From assembly GCF_006345805.1 (NCBI RefSeq), contig NC_043012.1, positions 26,536,001 to 26,600,000 of the forward strand: 64,000 nucleotides of DNA, given 5' to 3'. Within the stretch, counting starts at the first letter, position 1, and each line of letters opens with the position of its first letter. The translations under genes were made by a program, and so were the position numbers. The notes below the pieces were generated by a model. That model made no database searches. It had not been told where the DNA came from and saw nothing but the letters and a program-made list of their open reading frames with translations. Of the stretch, positions 11,950 through 24,236 are shown piece by piece. This DNA comes from Octopus sinensis (lineage: Eukaryota).

Positions 11950-12330
11950 CTTTTACTCTTTTACTTGTTTCAATCATTTGACTGTGGCCATGCTAGAGCA
12001 CCGCCTTTAGTCGAGCAAATCAAACCCAGGACTTATTCTTTGTAATCGTAGTACTTATTCTATCGGTCTCTTTTGCCGAACCACTAGGCTACAGGGACGT
12101 AAACACACCAGCATCGGTTGTCAAGCGATGTGTGTGTGTGTGGGGGGGGGGGCAAACACAGACACTCAAACATATACACACACGCACACACACACACATA
12201 CATACGACGGGCTTCTTTCAATTTCCGTCTACCAAATCCACTCATAATGCTTTGGTCGGCCCGCAGTGGGACTGAACCCGGAACCATGTGGTTGGTAAGC
12301 AAGCTTCTTACCACACAGCCACTCCTACGC
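11950..12330 (-). mobile_element. SINE family B
   Basis: Head, internal CA repeat and tail homologous to 59694-60098; lacks part of the centre. Confidence 0.9.
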
Positions 12331-12484
12331 TTATATATACACACACACACATATATATATGTTACACATATATATATACACACACACACATATATGTGTG
12401 TGTGTGGCAATCCGTCGGTTACAAGAACGAGTATTCCAGTTGATCCGATGAACGAAACATCCTGCTCATATATATATATATATG

Positions 12485-12524
<40 letters not shown>

Positions 12525-12597
12525 CATATTAATCAAAGGAATTCCGACTTTGATTTTCCCCAGGTTTTATTACAATCTTATAATATACTCTTCTACT

Positions 12598-12791
12598 CTA
12601 GGTCCAAGATTTTGGAGGAGGATTCCAGTCGATTAGATTGACCCAGTATGCAACTGGTACTTGATTTATCGACCCAGTAAGGATGAATGGCAAAAACGAC
12701 CTCGGTGAAATTTGAACTTCGAACGTAGCGATGGGCAGAATACCGCTCAGCATTTCGCCCACCGTGCTAACATTTCTGCCAGCTCGCCGCC
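12598..12791 (-). mobile_element. SINE family A, diverged monomer
   Basis: Ends TTCTGCCAGCTCGCCGCC; the core is recognisable. Confidence 0.85.
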
Positions 12792-13064
12792 TTCCTAATC
12801 ATATAATATAATGAAATGATAGAATATTAAATGTCCATTCTGATTGAACTAGTACTTTCATGCATTAAACTATGCAATCTTCAGGTTCATATAGTAGTTA
12901 TGTTTTACAATTTACTACAACTGTAGTGAGTCGGCTAAAATGTGCGTCTTAAATGCATTTGTATAGGCACCAGAATCATATATTATTATAAGATTGTAAA
13001 CGTGAAAATCAAAGTAAGAATTCCTTTGATTAGTATATTCTTGTATACACTATCATACACACCA

Positions 13065-13161
<97 letters not shown>

Positions 13162-13163
13162 GC

Positions 13164-13198
<35 letters not shown>

Positions 13199-13327
13199 TA
13201 TATATATATATATATGTATGTATGTATGTATGTTGTAGGTATATATATATTTGTTTTCAAAATGTAAACACGTGTGTATCGTTGGCGACTTTCTTCTTCT
13301 GTCTTCCCTTCCTTTGGACTTTCTTCT

Positions 13328-13362
13328 ATTTCAGAAGACGAGCTTTGCTCGAAACGTTAAAT
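13328..13362 (+). ncRNA. degenerate minimal hammerhead-like motif (Penelope-type terminus)
   Basis: ATTT-CAGAAGA-C-GAGC(TTT)GCTC-GAA-ACGT-T-AAAT; all stems pair but the conserved U4 is A. Confidence 0.45.
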
Positions 13363-13444
13363 CCTCTTTCCTTCCTTTCCTGAGCGTCAGATAATACAAT
13401 ACTTGTAACATATCCTCGCGTTATTGTTTTTTCTTGTTTGCTCT

Positions 13445-13480
<36 letters not shown>

Positions 13481-13482
<2 letters not shown>

Positions 13483-14381
13483 AGATAAATAAAAATATAT
13501 GCATACATACAAACATATATGTACGTACCTACATCTACATGTATATATACATGCATATATAAATAATTATACGGAAGTACAGGACATCACAATAAGACGT
13601 AGAAACAGAAAAGCCAAAAACAAAAAACAAGAAAACGGAAACGAAAACCAAATACAGGACAGGTTACACAAGGACAAAACCCCCGTCATCAGCTGTCGCT
13701 AGAGGAGTCAGGCATGTTTCGAAGGCATAACAGAACACTAATCCAATAGGCCTTCCTGCGAGAGAATTAAAATAAAATTTCAAGCAGCGGGGCACAATGA
13801 GTACGAACACAAACAAGACGTAACAATAAGACTGCAAAATTAAAATACATGTACAAACAACAAACACAAGAGGACGAACGAAAAAGCCTTTTTTCTGGCA
13901 TAGACAAACATAAAACTGCAAAATAAAAATACATGTACAAAAGTACAATTAGTTACAAAACGAGAAAATAACAAGAATACTATACAGGAAATTACCACAC
14001 ACAAGGGGACGAACGAAGAAGCCTTTTTGCTGGCAAGGACGAAAGTGTAGTAGCAGCGCGTGGAGGCAGTCTTTTCAATAGTGGTAACCACGTGTAAAGG
14101 AATTTTGTTTTATAGGCAAGGAAGAGGGAAGGAGGAGGGGACACGCGGCGAAGAGAGAGGAGGAGGGGGAGGAGAAAGATTGAAGAGGTTAAAGCAAAGG
14201 GAGAGAGTACCGCATCTTCAATATAATAATATTAATATAAAAAAGGGGACCAAGAAGTGGATCGAAACGACGAATCGGAACGAACCTGATGCGGGGCGCT
14301 GTCAGACAATAAGGAGATAAATAAAAATATATGCATACATACAAACATATATGTACGTACCTACATCTACATGTATATATA
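13481..14381. repeat. segment of about 760 bp bounded by identical 69-bp direct repeats
   Basis: 13481-13549 equals 14313-14381; the interior has its own partial tandem duplication (about 13830-14035). Confidence 0.85.
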
Positions 14382-14480
14382 TATATATCTATATGTGCAT
14401 GTCTATCTATCTATCTTTCTATCTATCTATATCTATATATATATATTATGGAGTAATTACTATGAAGCATGGTGAAGAAT

Positions 14481-14754
14481 ATATTGTATAAAGAATCGTG
14501 GGTAAGGCCAAAATAATGCGAAGTAAATGCAAGGTAAATCACAAGAAAACAAATATGCGAGTTAATGTTGACACTCCACACACGCTCAGACACGCGCATT
14601 GGCAACATTCGTCAATTTCTTGAGGATGGGGTCATAACCCCGAAATATTGAATACAAGGTAAGTCTACATTAATTCACATATTTGGTTTCTTTTGATTTA
14701 CCTTGTATTTACTTCGCATTGTTGTGGCATTACCTACGATCCTTTATATAATAT
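14481..14754. repeat. 91-bp gapless inverted repeat (MITE-like fold-back)
   Basis: 14481-14571 versus the reverse complement of 14664-14754, about 12 mismatches by manual alignment. Confidence 0.85.
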
Positions 14755-14845
14755 ATATATATATATATCTGTGTGTGTATGTTGGAGTGTGTGTGTGTGC
14801 GTGTGTGTGTTTATGTATATATATGTATGTATGTGTGTGTGCGGA

Positions 14846-14878
<33 letters not shown>

Positions 14879-15516
14879 GTTTGTTAGATCAGAAAGTAGA
14901 ACTAACGAGATTCTTTATTTAAAACCATTTCAATTGTTCGAACGAATCACTGAAGTGCATCCATTAGCATGTGTCTTTCCAATGTATGTTGACCTCAGGT
15001 AGCGAATATCAGAGGACGAGCTTTGCACAGCATTCTACAAGCCCCCCTCCCCCGCCACCGTAATCTTACTTAACTATATACGCTTGTTATGTATGCATAC
15101 ATACCCGCAGTCGATTCTACGTTATTATATGCCGCATAATTCCATAAAACGATGAGCCGCATACCTTGAAGCCAGTGAACCGTTTACCATCAAAATGTGT
15201 CTAAAATTGTTTGGTTAATTACACATGCAAATAACGTCAATTTCGATTGACTGCCTAAGACGCTTTTTTCTTTCGATTATCAGTAAAAAATAATACCATA
15301 GAACTGAACATTAAATTATTTTATAATGAATAAAGTTATTTCTAGATGCTTCCGTTTTTATGACGAGTTAAAGCGGCGGCAGTCTGGAGTTCAATGTTTA
15401 CAAACAACAGATGTCAGAATATTTTAAATGTATTCTAGTTATTCTTACCATTTCAATGAATCTAAGACCATCGATGCTTAAATTCCGGTGTATTTATTTT
15501 TGTTTTAAACTTTCAG

Positions 15517-15579
15517 GCATGGCTAATTGGTTACAAAGCTCCTTTTGCAACGACGCGATTTCGGCTTCACCCAAAGCAA
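15517..15579 (+). CDS. candidate 63-nt exon (AWLIGYKAPFATTRFRLHPKQ, or the alternative frame)
   Basis: Strong acceptor tatttttgttttaaactttcAG, weaker donor CAA|gtattt; two frames open. Confidence 0.18.
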
Positions 15580-15939
15580 GTATTTTCTATTACGTTACCG
15601 AACCGACCAATGCCTTGTGAAGGTACTTTGTAGAAAGAAATTGTATGGAACGCCATCGTTATCATTTACTTGTTTCAGTCATTAGGCTACGACCATGCTG
15701 GTGCACCGTCTTAAAGAGATTTCCTCGAACAAATCGCTCCCCTGTGCTCTCTATTCTTTTTAAGAATGGTACATATCCTCTCGATCCCTTCTGCTAAATT
15801 GCTAGATTATGCGGACGTAGAGACACCAATAACCAGTCAAGCGTAGTGGGAGACAAACACACACACACGCGCACGCATGCACGCACACATATACAACACA
15901 CACTCACACACATTCACACTCACACACATACACATATAC

Positions 15940-16001
<62 letters not shown>

Positions 16002-16142
16002 ATCTATCTATCTCCTTCTCTCTCTCTCTCTCTTTCACTCCTCTTCTCTCTTTCAGTTTCAGTTTCAGTCTTCTAAATTTAGACGCTGTTTGGAGACATT
16101 TTTGGGCCGTTTATATTATTTGTCAGTGTTAGCCTAGCAGTA

Positions 16143-16350
16143 AGGCGGTGAGCTGGCAGAATCGTAAGCACTCCGGACGAAATGCCGCGAAGCATTTCGT
16201 CCGTCTTTACGCCGGACGAAATGCTTACCTGTATTTCGCCTGTCACAACGTTCTGAGTCCAGATTCCGTCGAGGTCGACTTTACCTTTCATCCTTTCGGG
16301 GTTGACAAATTAAGTACCAGTGAAACACTGGGATCAATTCGATCGACTCA
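16143..16350 (+). mobile_element. SINE family A
   Basis: GGCGGTGAGCTGGCAGAATCG head and GAGGTCGACTTTACCTTTCATCCTTTCGGGG core. Confidence 0.85.
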
Positions 16351-16424
16351 CCCCAACCCCTCCCGACTCAAATGATACTTATTTTATCGATCCCCAACAT
16401 GGACTTGGCGGAATACATGTAATT

Positions 16425-16524
16425 NNNNNNNNNNNNNNNNNNNNNNNNNNNNNNNNNNNNNNNNNNNNNNNNNNNNNNNNNNNNNNNNNNNNNNNNNNNN
16501 NNNNNNNNNNNNNNNNNNNNNNNN
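16425..16524. other. assembly gap (100 N)
   Basis: Run of N; true length unknown. Confidence 1.
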
Positions 16525-16657
16525 CGTCTCACCACACAGCCGAGTTCTACAAGTGACCATGGCCTAGAAGCTTATACTCGATCCAGTATAAAGTTAGCGT
16601 TTGTATAAAAGAACATGTGGAATTCAAAAAGTCACTTGCGTTCTTCTTTTATACATA

Positions 16658-16910
16658 TACTAGCAGTATCGCCCGGCGTTGCTCGGGTTTGTAAGGGAAA
16701 TAACTATATAAGCATTTTTAGAGATGTAAAGTATAATAGCCATCTCAATATGGCTCATCGTAGACGCGCGCTAATACCCAGAAGGGCTCGATATGAATCA
16801 CGACTATAAGATACCCGCTTTTGGTTAAACTGCACCGCAAATGTGGGAGTAGTTAGGAATCTAAATCGTAGGAGACAGACACCACACAACTTCAGTTTTA
16901 TATATATAGA
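16658..16910 (+). mobile_element. non-autonomous Helitron/Helentron-like element, short form
   Basis: Begins TACTAGCAGTATCGCCCGGCGTTGCTCGGG (subterminal hairpin) and ends ...CTTCAGTTTTATATATATAG in a TA run; second copy at 39875-40379; class inferred from resemblance to Lep1/DINE-type termini. Confidence 0.55.
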
Positions 16911-16914
16911 TATG

Positions 16915-16950
<36 letters not shown>

Positions 16951-17680
16951 ATGTATATATATGTATATATATTATATATATGTATGTAATACATATTCAT
17001 ATGTGTGTGCGTATGTGTGTGTGTGCGTGTATTTCTAGCGGAAGATGGAGATTAAACATGTGATACAAAGTTCAGCAGATGACGAAGTAAAAAGATCAAA
17101 ATGGTGCACAGTGCGACATGGAAAGCGATCCTAGCTTTGAGCAAACGTTTTCTTGTTCTTCCAAACCAAACGAAGTCGTACTTGTCTTCAAATAAATCGA
17201 TAAATGTTCTGAGATAACTATTCAGAAAACAAACAAAAACCGTCAACATCACTTAAACGTTTATTTGTCATATGGTGTGAAAGGTTCCTTCACTCGGAAC
17301 CGCGATCTGTTCACTGACAAAAAGAGTTCTGCGTCCAACTGTTTTATGAGGGAACGAGAGACGGAAAATTCGACAATTTTTTTACAAATATTTAATCGAA
17401 GTTGACTGTATGTTTTTGAATAGTTAACTTGTATCTTCCCGCTGCAATCAGTTTAGTTTCAACATACGATCTCAAATCACAACACTTGCTATGCAAGTAC
17501 ATTTCCTAATACGTGTTTATCTAAACACACATTGAACATCGAATAAATATCTGGAGATAATAACAACTGCGACAGTTTACCTAAAACGACCATATATTTA
17601 TGATACAATGGTTAACTTCAAACATTAATGAAATGATAATAAATCTCTGAACGAGATATAAACAGTAACCGCTCGACAAC

Positions 17681-17904
17681 GTAGGGGGTATTAGCCATCT
17701 GAGTGTGGCTAGCCACGGGGGGGGGGGTGTTACTGATGCTTTTAGCCCCAGGCAATCAACATCACCAGAAGGACTTTAGACGCTATCTCAAGGGCGCTGA
17801 GATAGCGTCTAAAGTCCTTCTGGTGACGTTGATCGCCTGGGGCTAAAAGCATCAGTAACACCCCCCCAGTGGCTAGCCACATTCAGATGGCTAATACCCC
17901 CTAC
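17681..17904. repeat. 224-bp near-perfect palindrome
   Basis: Arms 17681-17790 and 17798-17904 with a 7-nt loop AGGGCGC; 3 substitutions plus a G-run difference. Confidence 0.97.
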
Positions 17905-17943
17905 ATTAATGAAATGGTATGAAAGAAAGTTAAAGAATACTAA

Positions 17944-18437
17944 AAAGTACTTTAACTGGAACTCAACATGACCAGATACCGTGGGGGCACGACCGTCGTA
18001 GCAGCATTATAGGACTCCGGGAAAATCACTGTACCGAGCCCTACAGTATATACTTTTTGACAACAAGTCACAGCATATATAGACCAAAATCAGGCCTCTA
18101 AACTGATGAGGCTGCGGAAAAAATCAGTGCACCGTGCCCTATAGTACATAATTTTTGATAACAAGTCATAGCATAAATAGATCAAAATCAGGCCTCTAAA
18201 CTGATGAGGCTGCGGGAAAAATGAGTGCACCGTGCCCTATAGTATTTATTCTTTGGCAGCAAGCCCTGGTATACACAAATCAGAATTGAGCAACTAAATC
18301 CATGAAGCTACCGGGTACATCGATACTCTAGGTCCTGTAGTATTTGTTTATTGACAGCTGGCCACAACTTGCATAGATTATAATTGTGCACCTAGGACCG
18401 TGATGCCTGCTGGTAACTGCTCAATACGGCCTTGCCC
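17944..18437. repeat. 98-bp-period tandem array of about 5 units
   Basis: Unit starts at 18042, 18140, 18238 and 18336; the two central units are closely similar and the outer ones diverged. Confidence 0.85.
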
Positions 18438-18694
18438 TGAGTCGGCACTGCCTTTATCACACGAAAGATAAAACTACTGCTAATAATGATTATGGCATCT
18501 GATTTCGTTACCAGACCAACACTTTTGTGCAGAGGTTAGTAGATAGCCCGAATCTTAGAACTTGACCGGAACTTGATTCTGTAGACATCGGAGAGATGAA
18601 ATGCAAAGAATGTAAAGAGCTGCAAAAGATAAAGCAAAACATTTGGTACGACGCTCTAACAGTTCTCCCTCACCACCGAAAATATATACCAATT

Positions 18695-19092
18695 TCTTTA
18701 CTACCCACAAGGGGCTAAACACAGAGGAGACAAACAAGGACAGACAAACGGATCAAGTCGATTATATCGACCCCAGTGTGTAACTGGTACTTATTTAATC
18801 GACCCCGAAAGGATGAAAGACAAAGTCGACCTCAGCGGAATTTGAACTCAGTATGCAGCGGTGGACGAAATACCTATTTCTATTTCTTTACTACCCACAA
18901 CGGGCTAAACACAGAGGAGACAAACAAGGACAGACAGACGGATTAAGTCGATTATATCGACTCCAGTGCGTAACTGGTATTTAATTTATCGACCCCGAAA
19001 TGATGAAAGGCAAAGTCGACATCGGCGGAATTTGAACTCAGAACGTAACGGCAGACGAAATACGACTACGCATTTCGCCCGGCGTGCTAACG
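18695..19092 (-). mobile_element. SINE family A, one head plus two body units
   Basis: Two cores and a single head ending GCCAGCTCGCCGCC. Confidence 0.92.
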
Positions 19093-19159
19093 TTTCTGCC
19101 AGCTCGCCGCCTTAATATATACCGAAAACATATACCGTTTCCTACCAGTCCTTCTTTTA

Positions 19160-19505
19160 TCTTTTACTTGTTCCAGTCATTGGACTGTGGCCATGCTGGG
19201 GCTCCGCCTTGGGAGGTTTAGTTGAACAAATTGACCCCACAACTACAGGGGCGTAAACAAACCAACTTGTTAAGCGATGTGTGGGTACAAGTACCAAGAC
19301 ACTCGCGCGCGCGCACACGCACACACACACACGCGCGCGCGCAAGGCTTCCGCACAAGGTTTCCGCTTATCAGATTCACTCACGGTACATCAGTCATCAC
19401 AGAGCTATAATAGAAAACACATGTCCAAGGAACCGCGCAGTAGGTGCGAACCCAAAACCATGTCGTTGCAAATCGAACTTCTTTCTTAACCACACAGCCA
19501 TGCCT
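19160..19505 (-). mobile_element. SINE family B, diverged
   Basis: CAGTCATTGGACTGTGGCCATGCTGG tail, internal CA/CG repeat, head ending AACCACACAGCC. Confidence 0.8.
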
Positions 19506-19772
19506 GCATATACTTGTTAGTTTTTTTTCACGAGAGAGAATAATACTCGGGGTTTATCACAGCTTTAGACAGACATGAATTATATAAAGTGATGACTATA
19601 ATGTTACAAATTAGATAAGAAATTAACTTAAATATCTAATTGGTGAAGTGAATCTAATTTATAAATAAACGAAGGCGAGCGTTAACGCATCTAAATTGTA
19701 AGAAGGTGAAGTGGATTAAATCACATAATGTAATATTTTATATATATATATATGCTATGTACATGTATGCAT

Positions 19773-19807
<35 letters not shown>

Positions 19808-20762
19808 CACACACACATATATATACTCACGTTATATATATCTATGAATAAATATGTGTATATTACACGCATGTGTGTTGTCTGTGTGTGTATGCGTGTT
19901 TGTGTGAATATATGATGTTTAATATATAAGAATATAGAAAAAAATATAAAAAGATAATATAATAAACTTCAGTTTATTATTTCAAGGAGGAAGTAATTTC
20001 AATGAAGGTAGAAGAAAATAAGAAAATGCTATTAGTAAATTTAGTGTGTGTGCGTGCGCGCGTGTGTGTGTATGTGTGTGAGGAGGGGGTAGATGAAGAA
20101 AGAAAGAAAGGTGGCTCTCCGAATGACACACCGAAGAATCAAAGAAGTATAAATGATTAAAAAGTTGAAAAATGTAAAAATAAATAAATTTTAATATTAA
20201 GAAATGCAAACATTTATAGAAGTAAACAAATTGAAATAAAATAAAATAAATGTAATTTAATTTATTGGAATTACCCCTTAAGATATTTAATTTTTTAAAT
20301 ATAATTTATGGAAATTATTTCTGTTTAAAGTTGAAATTAACACCAGGTACTTATGTCTGGTAAATTCCAACTGGACAAATTCATAAATTAAGGATGATAC
20401 TTATGTTAAAGATTTTTTGTGCTTTGATACTGTCCTGCATAGGGCGGCGACCTGACAGAAGCGTTACCACACCGGGAAAAATGCTCCATGGCTTTTCTCT
20501 TCTCTTTACGTTCAAATTCTGCCGAGGTCGATTTTTAGTTTTCATTCTTTCGGGGTCGATGAAATACAGTACCTTTCAAAAGTCAACGGCCACTTTAAAC
20601 AATTGTAAATTTCTATCAATTCTCAACTTATAAGTGGATGTTTTGCACTGCCATTTTTACCGATGAAACATTGACCCTGTTGGAGTAATTTCCATACCTA
20701 ATCATTATATTTTGTAGTAGACATCCGAATGAGAAAGGAAGATGCCAGACGACCCCTAAAAA

Positions 20763-21470
20763 GGGCCGTGCAAAAGTTTTCGGCCATCTTATATAAACCA
20801 ATCAAGATACAGTGTTTTAAAACAGAAAAATGTCTATAATGAAAATTTATTACATAATGTTCATTTCAAGAAGTTACTGTAAATTGTTAAAATTTCGTGT
20901 GACTTCTCTAAGCTTGGATAGTTGCTTCTGTGTATCTGGGAAGAGATGAGTACAAATTCTTCACCAAGTTTACAGGTATGTCATGCCATTCTCTGTAGCT
21001 GAGCTCCCACAACTCAAATTAGCGTGGATTCTTCTGACGAATTCTTCTCTTTAGTTCTGTCCAAATTTGCTCGATTATATTTAAGTCAGGGCCCTGGGAT
21101 GGCCGAACTTTCTATACGGTAACACCTTCATCAGCCAGATACTGTTGTGTTGCACACGATCTGGAGACCCGTCATGCTGAAAAATTTCACCTTCATTCAA
21201 GTTTGGTATCCAATTGTCCTTCAGCAGCTGGATGTGTTTGGCACTATTCAAGTTACCGTCAATTTTAAGCAATTTTCTTGAACTATCACTTTTTATGTAT
21301 CGCAAAAGCATCAAATTCTTACCCCCAATCTTCACTGTTTCCATTGTGTAATGTGGGTTGTTTCACTTTTCTGGAGGCCTTCTCAGAAATTCTTGCTTAT
21401 TAGAAAGCGAAGCAACCCACGTTACATGACGAAAAACTGTAAAGTTTGGGGGTAAGAGCTTGATTTTAGG
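20763..21470 (-). mobile_element. Tc1-family transposon relic (3-prime half)
   Basis: Minus-strand ETVKIGG...IDGNLNSAKHIQLLKDN...IFQHDG and DWPSQGPDLNIIEQIW motifs with frameshifts; TIR-like AGGGCCGTGCAAAAGTTTTCGGCCA at the left end. Confidence 0.85.
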
Positions 21471-21489
21471 CCTTGTGCTTTTGTAGAAA

Positions 21490-21492
21490 GGA

Positions 21493-21537
<45 letters not shown>

Positions 21538-21627
21538 TAAAAATAATAATAATAATAGTAATAATAATAATATAATAATAATAATAATAATAATAAAAAT
21601 AAAAATAATAATAATTAATAATAATAA

Positions 21628-21670
<43 letters not shown>

Positions 21671-21762
21671 TAATAGTAATAAATAATAATAATAATAATA
21701 AAATAATAATAATAATAATAATAATAAAAATAAAAATAATAATAATAATAGTAATAAATAAA

Positions 21763-21803
<41 letters not shown>

Positions 21804-21835
21804 TAAAAATAATAATAAAATAATAATAATAATAA

Positions 21836-21869
<34 letters not shown>

Positions 21870-21877
21870 TAATAATA

Positions 21878-21909
<32 letters not shown>

Positions 21910-21915
21910 GTAATA

Positions 21916-21965
<50 letters not shown>

Positions 21966-22119
21966 TAAAAATAATAATAATAGTAATAAATAATAATAAT
22001 AATAATAATAATATAATAATAATAATAAAAATAAAAATAATAATAATAGTAATAAATAATAATAATAATAATATAATAATAAAATAATAATAAAAATAAA
22101 AATAATAATAATAGTAATA

Positions 22120-22150
<31 letters not shown>

Positions 22151-22222
22151 GTAATAATAATAATAAAATAATAATAATAATAATAATATAATAATAAAAT
22201 AATAATAATAATAATAGTAATA

Positions 22223-22260
<38 letters not shown>

Positions 22261-22306
22261 TAAAAATAATAATAATAGTAATAATAATAATAATAAAATA
22301 ATAATA

Positions 22307-22337
<31 letters not shown>

Positions 22338-22400
22338 TATAATAATAATAATAAAATAATAATAAAATAATAGTAATAAATAATAATAATAATAAAAATA

Positions 22401-22444
<44 letters not shown>
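21490..22444. repeat. about 950-bp (AAT)n array with interspersed variant blocks
   Basis: Recurring AAAATAAAAAT and AATAGTAATAAAT variants; source of three spurious ORFs over 300 aa. Confidence 0.97.
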
Positions 22445-22446
<2 letters not shown>

Positions 22447-22945
22447 CAAACAAACAAACAAAGAACATGCCTCCTCATTGATATGACTGTCCCAATCGAT
22501 ATAAACGATCTGTCAGGACCTACCAAAAACTGAGCAAATATAAAGATCTTGAATAGAAATCAGCAAAATGTGGAAGCTGAAGACTAAAACAATACCTGTT
22601 GTCATAGGTGCCCTGGGAATGATAGCAAAAGGGGCTGATAGCTACCTAACTCAGATACCAGGAAACCCAAAAATGGCAGAAGTTCAAAAGATAGTGCTCA
22701 TGGGAACTGCTCATATCCTACGCAAAATACTCTCTATGTAACCTCAAGGTTTAAAACAACCATAATTTTCGGTTTAAAAAAAAAAAAAAAACTTTTTTTT
22801 TTTTTAGACATTCATTAGTACAACATCCCCACCCCCAAATATATGGCACACTAGGCATAACAACAACATGAACTTCTTGAGGTCTCTGGGTGAGACTTGG
22901 AGCCAACTTGTACAAATATAAAGCAAAAGTCAAACATAGAATAAT
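22445..22945 (+). mobile_element. 5-prime-truncated Dong/R4-like non-LTR retrotransposon (RLE C-terminus plus 3-prime UTR)
   Basis: KQRTCLLIDMTVPID...KLSKYKDLE.EISKMWKLKTKTIPVVIGALG...QKIVLMGTAHILRKILSM* with two frameshifts, stop at 22739-22741; (AAT)n on both sides. Confidence 0.8.
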
Positions 22946-22978
22946 AATAATAATAATAATAATATAATAATAATAATA

Positions 22979-23011
<33 letters not shown>

Positions 23012-23591
23012 TTTAAAGCGGCGAGCTGGCTGAATCATTAGCTTAGCAGTATTTCGCCAGTCGCTACGTTCTGAGTTCAAATTCCGCCGTGTTAGTTTGT
23101 CATGTCTTTATATAGGATGTAAATAGCAAAATAACTCCATATAATCTAGACCTGAAGATTGGCAATATAATCGTTTTAATATGATATAGTGTTTCGAGAC
23201 ATTCTATTTCAGCCACATTGAGGATATGTTGTCATGAAACGCGCGTAGTCTATATAATGTAAAGTATATGATTTGGAATAAGAATTGAAGTTATTAACTT
23301 TGATAATGTTGATATTTAGCTCTATATGTACCTTTCGTGGATAATGTCGTTCAATGATGATTGAGTTGCTTGAGGTTGATTCTGTCTCTTAAACCTATCT
23401 ATATATATATCTATATATATGTATATAATACAGTGAGTAATTCATTTAAGTACCACTAAATTGAACTTCTCTCCCCCGTGGACTCGGAAATAATTTCCCT
23501 AATATTAATATTAATTATGTATATATATACATACATACATATACTATTTATATTATTATTTGTTGAAAGTCACGCATCCATTTCCAAATAA

Positions 23592-23669
<78 letters not shown>

Positions 23670-23701
23670 TATGTACATATATATATGTATATATCTATCT
23701 G

Positions 23702-23750
<49 letters not shown>

Positions 23751-23997
23751 TTATTTATCTATCTATCTATCTATCTATCTATCTGTCTATATATATATAT
23801 ATATATATATAATACAGTGAGTAATTCATTTCGTACCACTAAATTGAATTTCTCTCCCCTGTGGACTCGGAAATAACTTCCCTAATATTAATATTAATCA
23901 TATATATAATTTAAAAAGATAATAACATCTTTATAAGAATTTATCAAGTAGTTAGCGTGAAAAACCTCATAAGGGAAAAATCCATCATTTTTTCACT

Positions 23998-24080
<83 letters not shown>

Positions 24081-24083
24081 AAA

Positions 24084-24236
24084 ATAAGCAACAAGGATAT
24101 CCAGAGGTAATGCAGTACGATATACAGCTGAAGATTACTCTATATCTTAAATTGATGTAATGTTTGCATTGGTCAATTAAATGGAGTCACTTAAAACGAT
24201 CGTACTGCATTACTTCTGGATATCCTTGTTGCTTAT
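24084..24236. repeat. 38-bp inverted repeat with 77-bp spacer
   Basis: ATAAGCAACAAGGATATCCAGAGGTAATGCAGTACGAT versus its reverse complement at 24199-24236, one mismatch. Confidence 0.9.

Noticed and set aside
13640-13775. Complete hammerhead on the minus strand
   Set aside because: CTGATGA and GAAACATG are present but in separate broken halves; neither has a full core
14590-14665. Coding exon ending at the strong AAG|gtaagt donor
   Set aside because: All three frames contain stops after the nearest acceptor
16361-16560. Any structure spanning the N run
   Set aside because: Assembly gap of unknown length, so adjacency of the two sides is uncertain
18090-18235. CTGATGAG in the 98-bp repeats as tandem hammerheads
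   Set aside because: No GAAA follows a stem II and no stem I or III pairing was found
17944-18437. CRISPR-like array
   Set aside because: Eukaryotic context, whole units are homologous with no unique spacers, and no cas genes are present
21422-22526. Three ORFs of 303-348 aa
   Set aside because: Translations of (ATT)n (poly I/L/Y) with no stop codon by repeat composition
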